Positions 10,182 through 19,605 are shown, counted from the first letter of the stretch. The stretch is DNA of 43,054 nt from an uncultured Candidatus Saccharibacteria bacterium (GCA_964500195.1 CAZCND010000002.1:1-43054); one strand, 5' to 3'. The notes: generated by a model not told the origin, from the sequence alone. A program made the numbers and translations.

Positions 10182-10949
10182 ATGAAGATAATAATAAAGA
10201 CAGAAGAGGAGATAAAAAAAATTAGGGAAGGTGGAAAAATACTCGCTAATGTTTTACAGAAAGTTGCTAGCCATGTTAAACCAGGTATTTCCACTTTCGA
10301 ATTAGATGTGAAAGCTTCTTTGTATATTAAAGAAGCTGGAGGAAAATCTCCGTTTTTAAACTATAAACCAGAAGGGGAACTTCACCCATTTCCTGCTTCA
10401 ATTTGTATTTCTGTAAATGATGAAATAGTTCACGGTATACCTAAAAAAGAAAAAATTCTAAAAGAAGGAGATATTGTTTCCTTGGATTTAGGTCTTGAAT
10501 ACAAAGGTTTGTTTACCGACCACGCTATTACTATACCAGTTGGAAAGATTTCAGATAAAGATAGAAAACTAATTGAAGCCACAAAAGAGGCTCTCCTTGT
10601 GGGAATCTGGGCAGCACGAGGTGGTGCAACGGTTGGTGATATTGGTTACGCCATAGAATCTTTTGTTAATAAAAGGTATGGGATAGTAAGGGAATTAGCT
10701 GGACATGGAGTTGGTAAAAAATTACACGAAGATCCATTTGTGCCTAATTATGGTAAAAAAGGAAGTGGAGTAAAACTAGTTCCAGGTATGATTATAGCCA
10801 TAGAACCAATGCTTAATATGGGTGGAGGCTCTATTAGTTTTTCTCAAGATGGATGGACTATAAAGACATTCGATGGTTCTCGTAGTGCTCATTTTGAGCA
10901 CTCTGTTTTGATTACAGAAAAAGAAGCGGAGATTTTGACGGAGATATAA
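10182..10949 (+). CDS. map: Methionine aminopeptidase type I
   Basis: Metal-ligand pattern VHGIP, DIVSLDLG, GHGVGKKLHEDP, IAIEPML, HFEHS. Confidence 0.95.
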   Translation: MKIIIKTEEEIKKIREGGKILANVLQKVASHVKPGISTFELDVKASLYIKEAGGKSPFLNYKPEGELHPFPASICISVNDEIVHGIPKKEKILKEGDIVSLDLGLEYKGLFTDHAITIPVGKISDKDRKLIEATKEALLVGIWAARGGATVGDIGYAIESFVNKRYGIVRELAGHGVGKKLHEDPFVPNYGKKGSGVKLVPGMIIAIEPMLNMGGGSISFSQDGWTIKTFDGSRSAHFEHSVLITEKEAEILTEI

Positions 10950-10989
10950 AAATACTAAATATGGTATACTGTAATTAGTAATATTTGTT

Positions 10990-13755
10990 ATGGAAGAATT
11001 AAGTTTTAAAGAAATCCCTAAATTTAAAAACCCCGAAGAAGAGTTGTCTTTTTTACGTGAGCGTTTAGCCGAAAAAGAGAAAGAGGTTCTATCTTCTAAC
11101 CAAGAATCATCCAGAGAAGAGTTGGCAAAAGAGGTTATTTCAGCTTATGAAAAACACCCCGCAGAAGAGGTTATGAAAAAAAGTAGCTTGTTGAGAGAAA
11201 AAGACAGAGAAGAGATAGTCTTAAGACTTCATCCAGAAACTCACGACAAAAAGATGGAAGAACTTTTGACTGTTGTTCTAGAAAAAGGTATTTCCAATGC
11301 ATTATCTTTGGTTGAAAAATTAAACAATCCACACATAGATGATGATTTTCATCGTTTTCTTGTCCAATATTTATCCAGCGTTGGAATAATTCCTGGATTA
11401 AAAGAACATAGCCCCCTAGAAAAAACACTAAAAATGAAACTTTTTGAAATAAGTTTACCGGTGGAAAATAATGATGATACTCACAAGAGAAGTTTGAAAG
11501 AACTATTGGGAGCAATGGAGCAGTTTTACTCAGGTATGTCTTCTGTATCAGAAGGGAAAAACAATAGTGAAGATAGTCGTTTTACGTTAGAAATTGCTTT
11601 GTCGGAGGATAGTAATAGTTTTGTTTTTTATACAGCTGTTCCAACAAGCAAGGCTGGTTTATTTGAAAAACTTTTGCTTGGGATTCACATGAATGCAAAG
11701 ATAATTGAAGCCCCAGATGATTATAATATTTTTTCTGAAAACGGATGTTCTGTTGGGTCCTATGCAGAACTAAAAAATAAAGCGGTTTTCCCTATAAAAC
11801 TTTATGATACACTCGATTATGATCCACTAAATATAATTTTAAATATATTTACAAAACTAAAAAAGAAGGGAGAGGGAGCCTCAGTTCAGCTAGTTGTTCA
11901 TCCAAAAGGGGATAGTTTAGTAAAGAAATATCAGAGTGTTTTAGAGCAGGTTAAAAAAGGAGTTTCTTTGAAAGACGCAACTGCTTCTTCTTTTAAACAA
12001 GTAAGTAAAGAAATTGGTTCTTTTTTAAAAGACTTTGTTTCTTCTTCTGAAAAAGATAAATTAAAAGAAGACAAAGATAGAGATAAAAAGGTAGATGAAA
12101 AAGCAGTTGAAAGTCTAAAAGAAAAAATAAGAAGCACTATCATGGAGGCAAATATTAGAATACTTGTCTCGGCCGAGGAAAAAGAAAGAGCAGAAAGTAT
12201 TCTGTCTGAGATAGAAGCTTCTTTTAATCAGTTTACAGAGGCAGATAAAAATGGTTTTAATTTTAAAAGGCCTAAGGGTGGAGATTTAGCTCGTCTTATG
12301 AGGAATTTTTCTTATCGTATTTTTGCTGGAAACGAAGCAGTGGACTTGAATTTAAAAGAATTGAGTACAATATTTCATTTTCCACAAGGTATTGTTTCTC
12401 CTCAACTAAAAGAAGCCCCTGCTGGAATTTCACCTGCTCCTCTTGATATAGAAGATAATGGATTGCTTTTGGGTATAAACAATTATCGGGGACAAGAGAC
12501 AGAAATTAGAATGTCTAAAGAAGATCGCTTGAGGCATCTCTATGTAATAGGGCAGACAGGAACAGGTAAAACGACTATTTTAAAGAATATGATAATTCAG
12601 GATATTAAAAATGGTGAGGGCTGTTGTTTTATAGACCCACACGGAACAGATGTCCAGTATATATTAGGACATATTCCTAAGGAAAGAATTGATGATGTTA
12701 TTTATTTTGATCCAGCATATACACCAAGACCAATGGGTTTGAACTTACTTGAATATGACCCTAAATATCCAGAACAAAAAACTTTTGTGATTAATGAGTT
12801 GTTAAATATCTTCAATAAGCTCTTTGACATGAAGACTGTTGGAGGTCCTATGTTTGAACAGTATTTTAAGAACAGTGCTTTTCTTGCCATGGACGATCCG
12901 AACGAACAGGCCACATTGCTTGATATTACAAGGGTTTTAACCAACGAAGAGTATCGCAATAGTCTTCTAGAAAAATGTCGAAACCCAATAGTTAAAGAAT
13001 TTTGGAAAAGTGCCTTGGCTGTTAAGGGAGAACAGTCTCTAACTGAGTTTGTGCCCTATATCTCTTCTAAATTTGATAACTTTATTTCCAATGATATTAT
13101 GCGACCAGTTGTTTTGCAGAAAGAATCCGTCTTTAATTTTAGAGAGATAATGGATAATAAAAAAATATTACTGGTTAATTTATCAAAAGGGAGATTGGGG
13201 GAAATAAACGCCAATTTAATAGGTCTTTTATTGGTTGGTAAAATTCAGATGGCTGCCATGTCTCGAGCTGATGTGTCTTATGAGCAAAAGATGAATGATT
13301 TTTATTTATACATAGATGAATTTCAAAACGTAACAACTGATTCTATAGCTTCAATTTTGTCTGAAGCTCGCAAATATCACCTATCTTTAACTGTTGCCCA
13401 TCAATATGTCGCACAGCTTGAAGAAGGGATAAAAAATGCAGTTTTTGGAAACGTCGGATCTATGATTGTCTATCGAGTGAGTCCAGAAGATGCTAATGTA
13501 CTTGAACCAAGATTAAAACCTATTTTTTCAGCTTCGGATATTCTGAAGTTGGAAAACTTTAATTCATATGTAAATATGTTAATAAAAGGCATGCCATCAA
13601 AACCATTTAATATGACTTCTCATTATAGTTTAGCCGATAGATTTGGCACAAAAAATAGTCCTGAAATGGCCGAAAAAATAAAGCAGTTGTCATATTTGAA
13701 ATATGGTAGACCACTTGAAGAAGTTGAAGAGGAAATTATGGAAAGATTTCATTAA
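10990..13755 (+). CDS. Large P-loop NTPase. C-terminal half is TraD/VirD4 (type IV coupling protein)/HerA-FtsK-like; the ~480-aa N-terminal region is uncharacterised
   Basis: Walker A GQTGTGKTT; Walker B FYLYIDEFQN; SLTVAHQY and VGSMIVYRV motifs typical of T4CP/TraG-D C-terminal ATPases. Confidence 0.7.
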   Translation: MEELSFKEIPKFKNPEEELSFLRERLAEKEKEVLSSNQESSREELAKEVISAYEKHPAEEVMKKSSLLREKDREEIVLRLHPETHDKKMEELLTVVLEKGISNALSLVEKLNNPHIDDDFHRFLVQYLSSVGIIPGLKEHSPLEKTLKMKLFEISLPVENNDDTHKRSLKELLGAMEQFYSGMSSVSEGKNNSEDSRFTLEIALSEDSNSFVFYTAVPTSKAGLFEKLLLGIHMNAKIIEAPDDYNIFSENGCSVGSYAELKNKAVFPIKLYDTLDYDPLNIILNIFTKLKKKGEGASVQLVVHPKGDSLVKKYQSVLEQVKKGVSLKDATASSFKQVSKEIGSFLKDFVSSSEKDKLKEDKDRDKKVDEKAVESLKEKIRSTIMEANIRILVSAEEKERAESILSEIEASFNQFTEADKNGFNFKRPKGGDLARLMRNFSYRIFAGNEAVDLNLKELSTIFHFPQGIVSPQLKEAPAGISPAPLDIEDNGLLLGINNYRGQETEIRMSKEDRLRHLYVIGQTGTGKTTILKNMIIQDIKNGEGCCFIDPHGTDVQYILGHIPKERIDDVIYFDPAYTPRPMGLNLLEYDPKYPEQKTFVINELLNIFNKLFDMKTVGGPMFEQYFKNSAFLAMDDPNEQATLLDITRVLTNEEYRNSLLEKCRNPIVKEFWKSALAVKGEQSLTEFVPYISSKFDNFISNDIMRPVVLQKESVFNFREIMDNKKILLVNLSKGRLGEINANLIGLLLVGKIQMAAMSRADVSYEQKMNDFYLYIDEFQNVTTDSIASILSEARKYHLSLTVAHQYVAQLEEGIKNAVFGNVGSMIVYRVSPEDANVLEPRLKPIFSASDILKLENFNSYVNMLIKGMPSKPFNMTSHYSLADRFGTKNSPEMAEKIKQLSYLKYGRPLEEVEEEIMERFH

Positions 13756-13819
13756 TCGCTTGCAAGTTATAAGGTGGGTGCTATAATATTCTTAATTTAC
13801 AAGTTAATTTTTAAATAAA

Positions 13820-14335
13820 ATGATAGACATTGAAAGAACACTAATTATTTTCAAACCAGATTCTGTTTCACGAGGAATCGTTGGTGAGATATTGTCTCGT
13901 TTCGAGAAGGCTGGATTAAAAATTGTTGGAGCTAAGATGCTTCAACCTGGCAGAGAGCAGTATTATCATCACTATGAAGATATTAGTAAAATGATTTCTC
14001 GTAGAGGAGAAAAAGCTTTTGAGTTGACTGTCAAGATGATGACCGAAGGTCCAGTTATAGCTTTTGTCCTTGAGGGTATTGAGGCTGTTGATTTAGTTAG
14101 AAAGATGGTTGGATCAACAGAACCTAAGTCTGCTTTACCAGGAACAATTAGAGGAGACTATGCTCACATGAGTTTTGGCTATGCAGATAAGAGTGGAATA
14201 GGTATTTCGAACGTTATTCATGCTTCAGGAAATGAAAAAGAAGCAGAAGAAGAGATTGGTTATTGGTTTTCAGAACCGGAATTGTTCTCTTATGAGTCAG
14301 CTTTAGAAAAATATACTCAAAGAAAAGTAAAATAA
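13820..14335 (+). CDS. ndk: Nucleoside diphosphate kinase (long form)
   Basis: ERTLIIFKPDSVSRGIVGEILSRFE, GTIRGDYA, NVIHASG (catalytic His). Confidence 0.92.
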   Translation: MIDIERTLIIFKPDSVSRGIVGEILSRFEKAGLKIVGAKMLQPGREQYYHHYEDISKMISRRGEKAFELTVKMMTEGPVIAFVLEGIEAVDLVRKMVGSTEPKSALPGTIRGDYAHMSFGYADKSGIGISNVIHASGNEKEAEEEIGYWFSEPELFSYESALEKYTQRKVK

Positions 14336-14343
14336 TTAAATTT

Positions 14344-14367
14344 AAAACTCGCTATCAAGCGAGTTTT
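14344..14367 (+). terminator. ndk intrinsic terminator
   Basis: AAAACTCGCT-ATCA-AGCGAGTTTT. Confidence 0.7.
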
Positions 14368-14429
14368 AAATTGTTTTAATAAATTATATTTGAAATAATG
14401 TCAAAAGCGTGGTTTTTTGAAGAAAAAAC

Positions 14430-14457
14430 TTGATTAGATTTATTTTCTAGGTATAAT
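14430..14457 (+). promoter_or_regulatory. Sigma70-like promoter driving the structured RNA below
   Basis: TTGATT, 16-nt spacer, TATAAT. Confidence 0.55.
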
Positions 14458-14463
14458 CAAGAT

Positions 14464-14651
14464 AGGATTATTTGAAATGTGTTACCTAGAACAATTTTTT
14501 AGGGGATAGCAAGTTTTGTTAGAGTGCTGTGACCAAATAATGTTAACAAATCTCTAATAATCTCATTCCCACTTAGCTTTAGAGCTATGGTAATACATTT
14601 TTCAATAGTCCTAATAAGAAATCCTTCAACAAGAAAGGATTTTTTATTTTT
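14464..14651 (+). ncRNA. Candidate ~190-nt long-hairpin RNA. It could be a 6S-like RNA or a structured leader of the downstream beta-CASP gene
   Basis: The promoter sits just upstream. A 24-nt 5' arm (14463-14486) pairs with a 3' arm (14589-14613), including G-U pairs. Inner arms AGGGGAT.../...ATTCCCAC and GTTAGAG/CTCTAAT also pair. It ends in AATCCTT-loop-AAGGATT plus a T-run. Confidence 0.45.
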
Positions 14652-14685
14652 CAATTATCTCTTTATTGTGTATAATAGAGGGATA

Positions 14686-16053
14686 ATGCTAGAAGATAAA
14701 AAACTAAAAGTTACTTTTTGTTCTGGGGCCGGGACAGTTACAGGGGCTAATTTTTTAATAGAAGGAGGTGGAAAGAAGTTTCTGGTTGATTGTGGTTTAA
14801 TTCAGGGGGGTGATGCAGATGATGAATTAAACTGGGAAGACTTTCCTTATAAACCAGAAGAAATAGACTTTTTGTTTATTACTCATGCCCACATTGATCA
14901 CATAGGAAGAATACCTAAGCTTATCCATGAAGGGTTTCGCGGTAAGATATTTTCAGTTTCTCCTACAAAAGATATTACTTCATATATGTTGGAAGACATG
15001 GCCAATTTAGTTTCTCGCGATACAAAGTTTGATTTATCTAAAATATATACAAGTGAAAATATCAATAAAGCAATGGGTATGTGGCAAGGTTTAGATTATG
15101 GTGAAAAATTAGAATTTGACGATTTTCAATTTTCTTTTAAAGATGCCGGGCATATTTTAGGGTCGGGGATGTTAGAAATTATATATAATGGTAAAAAAAT
15201 TGTTTTTACCGGAGACTTGGGTAATTCACCATCTCCTCTTTTACCTGACACAGAGGTTCTTAAAGATGCAGATTATTTAATTATGGAATCTGTTTATGGT
15301 GACAGAGACCATGAAAATAGAAACGAAAGAAAAAAAAGACTAGAAGAGGTAATTAAAGACAACTACAAAAAGGGAGGAGCTTTAGTTATTCCAACTTTTT
15401 CACTGGAAAGAACCCAAGAGCTTTTGTATGAGATGAATTCTTTAGTGGAGAATAAAATTATACCCGCAGTGCCTGTCTTTTTAGATTCACCTTTATCTAT
15501 TAAACTAACAGAGGTCTACCTAAGATCAGAGAAATACTTTAATCAGACAGCTCAAAATCTTATCAACCAAGGGGATAATTTATTTGATTTTCCAGGGCTC
15601 GTAAAAACTCCAGAAACAGAAGATTCAAAAGATATTTTAAAAGCACCCTCACCCAAAATTATCATTGCTGGAAGTGGAATGTCTAATGGGGGTAGGGTTT
15701 TACATCACGAGAAAAATTATTTACCAGATAAAAAGAATACATTGCTTTTAACTGGTTATCAGACCATGGGAACAATGGGAAGAATTATTCAAGATGGCGC
15801 TAAAAAAGTTAGGATAATGGGAGAAGATGTTTTTGTTCGAGCCAAGGTAGTCTTTATTGATGGATATTCTGGACACAAAGATTCTAGCCATCTAGTTGAG
15901 TTCGTAGAAAAGACAGCCGAGAGGGTTAAAAAAGTTTTTGTGGTTATGGGTGAGCCAAAATCTTCAATGTTTTTAGCTCAGAGATTAAATAATGAACTTG
16001 GTGTAGATGCGACAACTCCCGATTCCGGGGATTCTGTATTCTTAAATGTATAA
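14686..16053 (+). CDS. Metallo-beta-lactamase / beta-CASP family RNA-metabolising hydrolase (RNase J/CPSF-like); ATG at 14686 preferred over the track start 14587
   Basis: HAHIDHIGRIP (HxHxDH), DAGHILGS, ESVYGDRDH, C-terminal GYSGHKD. Confidence 0.85.
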   Translation: MLEDKKLKVTFCSGAGTVTGANFLIEGGGKKFLVDCGLIQGGDADDELNWEDFPYKPEEIDFLFITHAHIDHIGRIPKLIHEGFRGKIFSVSPTKDITSYMLEDMANLVSRDTKFDLSKIYTSENINKAMGMWQGLDYGEKLEFDDFQFSFKDAGHILGSGMLEIIYNGKKIVFTGDLGNSPSPLLPDTEVLKDADYLIMESVYGDRDHENRNERKKRLEEVIKDNYKKGGALVIPTFSLERTQELLYEMNSLVENKIIPAVPVFLDSPLSIKLTEVYLRSEKYFNQTAQNLINQGDNLFDFPGLVKTPETEDSKDILKAPSPKIIIAGSGMSNGGRVLHHEKNYLPDKKNTLLLTGYQTMGTMGRIIQDGAKKVRIMGEDVFVRAKVVFIDGYSGHKDSSHLVEFVEKTAERVKKVFVVMGEPKSSMFLAQRLNNELGVDATTPDSGDSVFLNV

Positions 16054-16056
16054 AAT

Positions 16057-16085
16057 AAAAACCCGATTTTTTAATCGGGTTTTTA
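16057..16085. terminator. Bidirectional terminator between convergent genes
   Basis: AAAAACCCGATT-TTTT-AATCGGGTTTTT. Confidence 0.75.
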
Positions 16086-16090
16086 TTTTA

Positions 16091-16432
16091 CTAAATACTT
16101 TTTACAATTCTTTCAAATGTTTCTGGGTTTTTTCTCGCTAAGTCCGATAGAATCTTTCGGTCTAGACTAATATCTTTCTTTTTTAGCTTATCAATCAATA
16201 CACTGTAAGACATGCCGAATGGACGAATTGCCGCATTTATATTTAATGTCCAATTTTTCCTAGCATCTCCTTTTTTGTTTTTTCTGTGGTCAAAAGAATA
16301 ATTCCCAGCATGTCTTAGGGCGTCTTTTGCTTGTATAACCTTAGTACTACGTCCAAAACGGAAACCTTTTGCTTGTGATAATATATTTTTTCGGCGTTTA
16401 TTTTTTATAACACCATTCTTAACTCTTGTCAT
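16091..16432 (-). CDS. rplT: 50S ribosomal protein L20
   Basis: MTRVKNGVIKNKRRKNIL..AKGFRFGRS. Confidence 0.97.
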   Translation of the reverse strand: MTRVKNGVIKNKRRKNILSQAKGFRFGRSTKVIQAKDALRHAGNYSFDHRKNKKGDARKNWTLNINAAIRPFGMSYSVLIDKLKKKDISLDRKILSDLARKNPETFERIVKSI

Positions 16433-16441
16433 ACTCTATTT

Positions 16442-16633
16442 TTAAATATTAGCTAAATAAGTTCTCTTAATTTTATTTGAGAAATTTTGCTCTTTTAGTT
16501 TGCGACCGTTTAATTGTTTTTTTCTTGTTTGTTTAGCATTAAAATGATTAAAACCGGGAGCCCTAGACAAAATCTTACCGTTTTTGGTAATCTTTAATCT
16601 TTTTGTTAATGATTTATTTGTTTTGATAGCCAT
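16442..16633 (-). CDS. rpmI: 50S ribosomal protein L35
   Basis: KTNKSLTKRLKITKNGKI; between infC and rplT. Confidence 0.95.
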   Translation of the reverse strand: MAIKTNKSLTKRLKITKNGKILSRAPGFNHFNAKQTRKKQLNGRKLKEQNFSNKIKRTYLANI

Positions 16634-16635
16634 AA

Positions 16636-17145
16636 TTATGATTTATCTTTTTCTATGGTAATGGTTGGACCCTTGGGCCCCTTTTTAAAATCTTCAGCGA
16701 TTTTAAAATTTTCGGTAATTAAGTGAAGCACTCGATCTAAACGATCTTTTAAAAAAGAATCCTGCATAAACTTAGAGCGTCCTGAGACAAAAAGTTCTAT
16801 TTTTATACGATGTCCTTCTTTTAACCACTCAGAAGCTTTTTTGGCTTTAAGAGCTAAGTCGTTTTCTCCTGTTCCTATCTTTATTTGGATAGCCTTAGTC
16901 TCTGTTAATTTTGTTCCAGCCTTAGTCTTCTTTTGTTTTTTGTTTTGTTCGTACTTGTACTTACCGTAATCTGCTATTTTAACTATAGGAGGATTGGCAT
17001 TGGGAGATATCTCAATTAAATCAAGGCCCAAACTTTCAGCTTTTTCCAGTGCTTCTTTAACACTCAAAACACCAAGATTATCACCTTCGTTTGAGATTAC
17101 TCTAACCTCGGGCGCTTTTATTTGATTGTTTATTCGTTCTCTCAA
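16636..17145 (-). CDS. infC: Translation initiation factor IF-3 (TTG start as drawn)
   Basis: INNQIKAPEVRVI..., DLIEISPNANPPIVKIADYGKYKYE. Confidence 0.95.
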   Translation of the reverse strand: MRERINNQIKAPEVRVISNEGDNLGVLSVKEALEKAESLGLDLIEISPNANPPIVKIADYGKYKYEQNKKQKKTKAGTKLTETKAIQIKIGTGENDLALKAKKASEWLKEGHRIKIELFVSGRSKFMQDSFLKDRLDRVLHLITENFKIAEDFKKGPKGPTITIEKDKS

Positions 17146-17247
17146 TGTGTATTATCCGATAGAAATAAATAGATTACCTACCAAAGAAATATATCACATC
17201 CTTTCTTTTTTAGCAATAGTCAAAATAACTATATTTTTAAGCTCGAA

Positions 17248-19062
17248 ATGAAGAGTTTTAGTGTATCCACTTATTATATTATTTGTGTTAATATCTCTAA
17301 GGTGAGTAAAATAAAAACGAAATGGAATTTTAAACTTTTATATGGAAGTGATGACAGTACAGAGATAGAGAAAGATTTTAAAAAGGGAGAAAGAGCTGTT
17401 ATTTCTTTTAGAGATAAATATAAAAATAATAAAAAATATTTAAACGACGCAGATGAGCTTTTTTTGGCTTGCAAGGATTATGAGAAATTGATAGAGAGCA
17501 CAGAACTCACGAAGCCGTATTGTTATTTTATTTTAAGAAGGGATGTTAATCAAAATGATAAAAAACTAAATGCCAAAGTAAATGAATATCAAGAAAAATT
17601 AGACAAAACAAGCAATGAATTGTTGTTTTTTACTCTTAATGTTGGAAAAATAGATAAGGAAAAGCAAAAAGAATTCTTAAAAAACAAAAAACTTAGCAAA
17701 TATCATTATTTTCTTAATAAAATATTTGAAAATGCTAAATACTGTCTTACAGAAGAAGAAGAAAAAGTGATAAGTTTATTTAGTACACCTGCGAATGGTA
17801 TGTGGATTGAAGGGGTAAATAAGGTTCTGTCAAAACAGGAAGTTAATTTTCAAAATAGAACAATGCCGATAAGTGAAGCTATGGGGCTCTTGTCAAATTT
17901 AGAAACAAAAAAAAGAAGAAAACTAAATCATTTAATAAATCAAAAATTTATAGAAGTGTCTGATTTTAGTGAAGCTGAAATTAATGCCATATATACTACT
18001 AAAAAGATATCTGACGATTTAAGAGGATTTAAAACGCCGTATCAATCGACGATAAAGAGTTATGAGAACGAAGAAAAGGTTATAGAGAATCTAGTTAAAA
18101 CGGTTACGGATAATTTTAAAGTTGCGCATAGATTTTATAAGATTAAAGCAAAAATTTTAAAAGAGAAAAGATTAGAATATGCTGATCGTTCTGCTTCTGT
18201 TGGTGTTATTCATAAAGACTTTTCTTTTGAAGAAACAATTAAAATCGTTAGAAATGGATATGAAAGATTCGGCAGTGAATATGAAAAAATATTTGAAGAC
18301 TATCTCTTAAACGGGCAAATAGATGTTTATCCTAAAAAAAGTAAAAAAGGAGGGGCGTTTTGTTTTGGTGTTTATGGATTGCCGACGTTCATTCTTTTGA
18401 ACCAAGTTGATAATTATCAATCTGTCCTAACTCTTGGTCATGAAATGGGGCACGCCATTCATACCAAGTTTTCTCACACTCAACCTTCAATTTATTCTGA
18501 CTACACCATGTCTGTTGCAGAAACAGCCAGTACTTTATTTGAAAATTTTGTTTTTGATGAAATATATGAAAGTCTTTCCGAGAAAGAAAAAATTATAGCA
18601 TTGCATAATAATATAAATGATAATATCTCTACAATATTTAGACAGATTGCTTGTTTTAATTTTGAGGAAGAATTGCACGAGACAATTAGAAAAAACGGAT
18701 ATTGTGCCAAAGAAGATATTGCTAAAATAATGAACAAACACATGAAAAGCTATCTTGGTCCAATGTTTGATTTAAAAGAAGAAGACGGATATTTCTTTGT
18801 TGATTGGTTGCATATTAGGAGGTTTTTTTATGTTTATTCTTATGCTTATGGATGTTTGATTAGTAATTTTATGTACCAAGAATATAAGAAGGATAAAAAA
18901 TTCAAAGACAAAATAGAACAATTTTTAAAAGCAGGAGGAAGTAAGAGCCCTGAAGATATTTTTTCTGATATAGGGATAAATATTTGTGATTCAAAATTTT
19001 TTGAAAATGGGCTTAAGGCAATTGAGAATGATATTATAAAATTAGAAAAATTGGTGAAATAA
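17248..19062 (+). CDS. pepF: Oligoendopeptidase F-like M3B metallopeptidase (true start may be the in-frame GTG at 17302)
   Basis: LGHEMGHAIH zinc motif; ~600-aa M3 architecture. Confidence 0.85.
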   Translation: MKSFSVSTYYIICVNISKVSKIKTKWNFKLLYGSDDSTEIEKDFKKGERAVISFRDKYKNNKKYLNDADELFLACKDYEKLIESTELTKPYCYFILRRDVNQNDKKLNAKVNEYQEKLDKTSNELLFFTLNVGKIDKEKQKEFLKNKKLSKYHYFLNKIFENAKYCLTEEEEKVISLFSTPANGMWIEGVNKVLSKQEVNFQNRTMPISEAMGLLSNLETKKRRKLNHLINQKFIEVSDFSEAEINAIYTTKKISDDLRGFKTPYQSTIKSYENEEKVIENLVKTVTDNFKVAHRFYKIKAKILKEKRLEYADRSASVGVIHKDFSFEETIKIVRNGYERFGSEYEKIFEDYLLNGQIDVYPKKSKKGGAFCFGVYGLPTFILLNQVDNYQSVLTLGHEMGHAIHTKFSHTQPSIYSDYTMSVAETASTLFENFVFDEIYESLSEKEKIIALHNNINDNISTIFRQIACFNFEEELHETIRKNGYCAKEDIAKIMNKHMKSYLGPMFDLKEEDGYFFVDWLHIRRFFYVYSYAYGCLISNFMYQEYKKDKKFKDKIEQFLKAGGSKSPEDIFSDIGINICDSKFFENGLKAIENDIIKLEKLVK

Positions 19063-19194
19063 AAAACTATAGTCGTCCTTACACACAAAACCAGTGGATT
19101 AGGTAATAATCATTATTTGATGAGGTCATTTTGGTATTCATAATTGAATAATCGTTTAGGTAGATGGCTCAAAACTATTTTTGTGATTTTACTA

Positions 19195-19375
19195 CAAAAA
19201 AGAGGTAAGACCTTTGTCTTACCCCCTGTTCTTTATGAGCTTCCCCCAGCTCCGCCCGACCATTACGTAATATCCAACGGTCGCAATCTTACCCGATATT
19301 TGTTTTATTTGTGTCCGTCGAGAACTAATTAGTTGTTATGTGTTGTTCATCGCATTCTATATGGGCTTATTGATT
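19195..19375 (-). ncRNA. Candidate ~180-nt small transcript
   Basis: On the minus strand, TTGACA, 17 nt, TGaTAGCAT (plus 19382-19410). Internal hairpins are CGACC...GGTCG and GAGCT-GGGGGA-AGCTC. It ends in GGTAAGAC-AAAG-GTCTTACC plus TCTTTTTT. The longest internal ORF is 14 codons. Confidence 0.45.
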
Positions 19376-19605
19376 TAATATAATGCTATCATATATGGAT
19401 TCATTTGTCAAGTATTCCTAGTAGATATTTTAGGTGTCACCAATGGTTACAAGATAATATCCTTATCTAGTAAGGATATTTATGGTTATTACTAGAAAAT
19501 CCTCATTTTGTTTGCTAACAAAATGAGGCTCCGTTGCTCGATTTCCACACGCGAGCAAAGCCCGTCCGAACGGGTCATCCGGGTGGGCAGTTTGCTTGCT
19601 CATAT

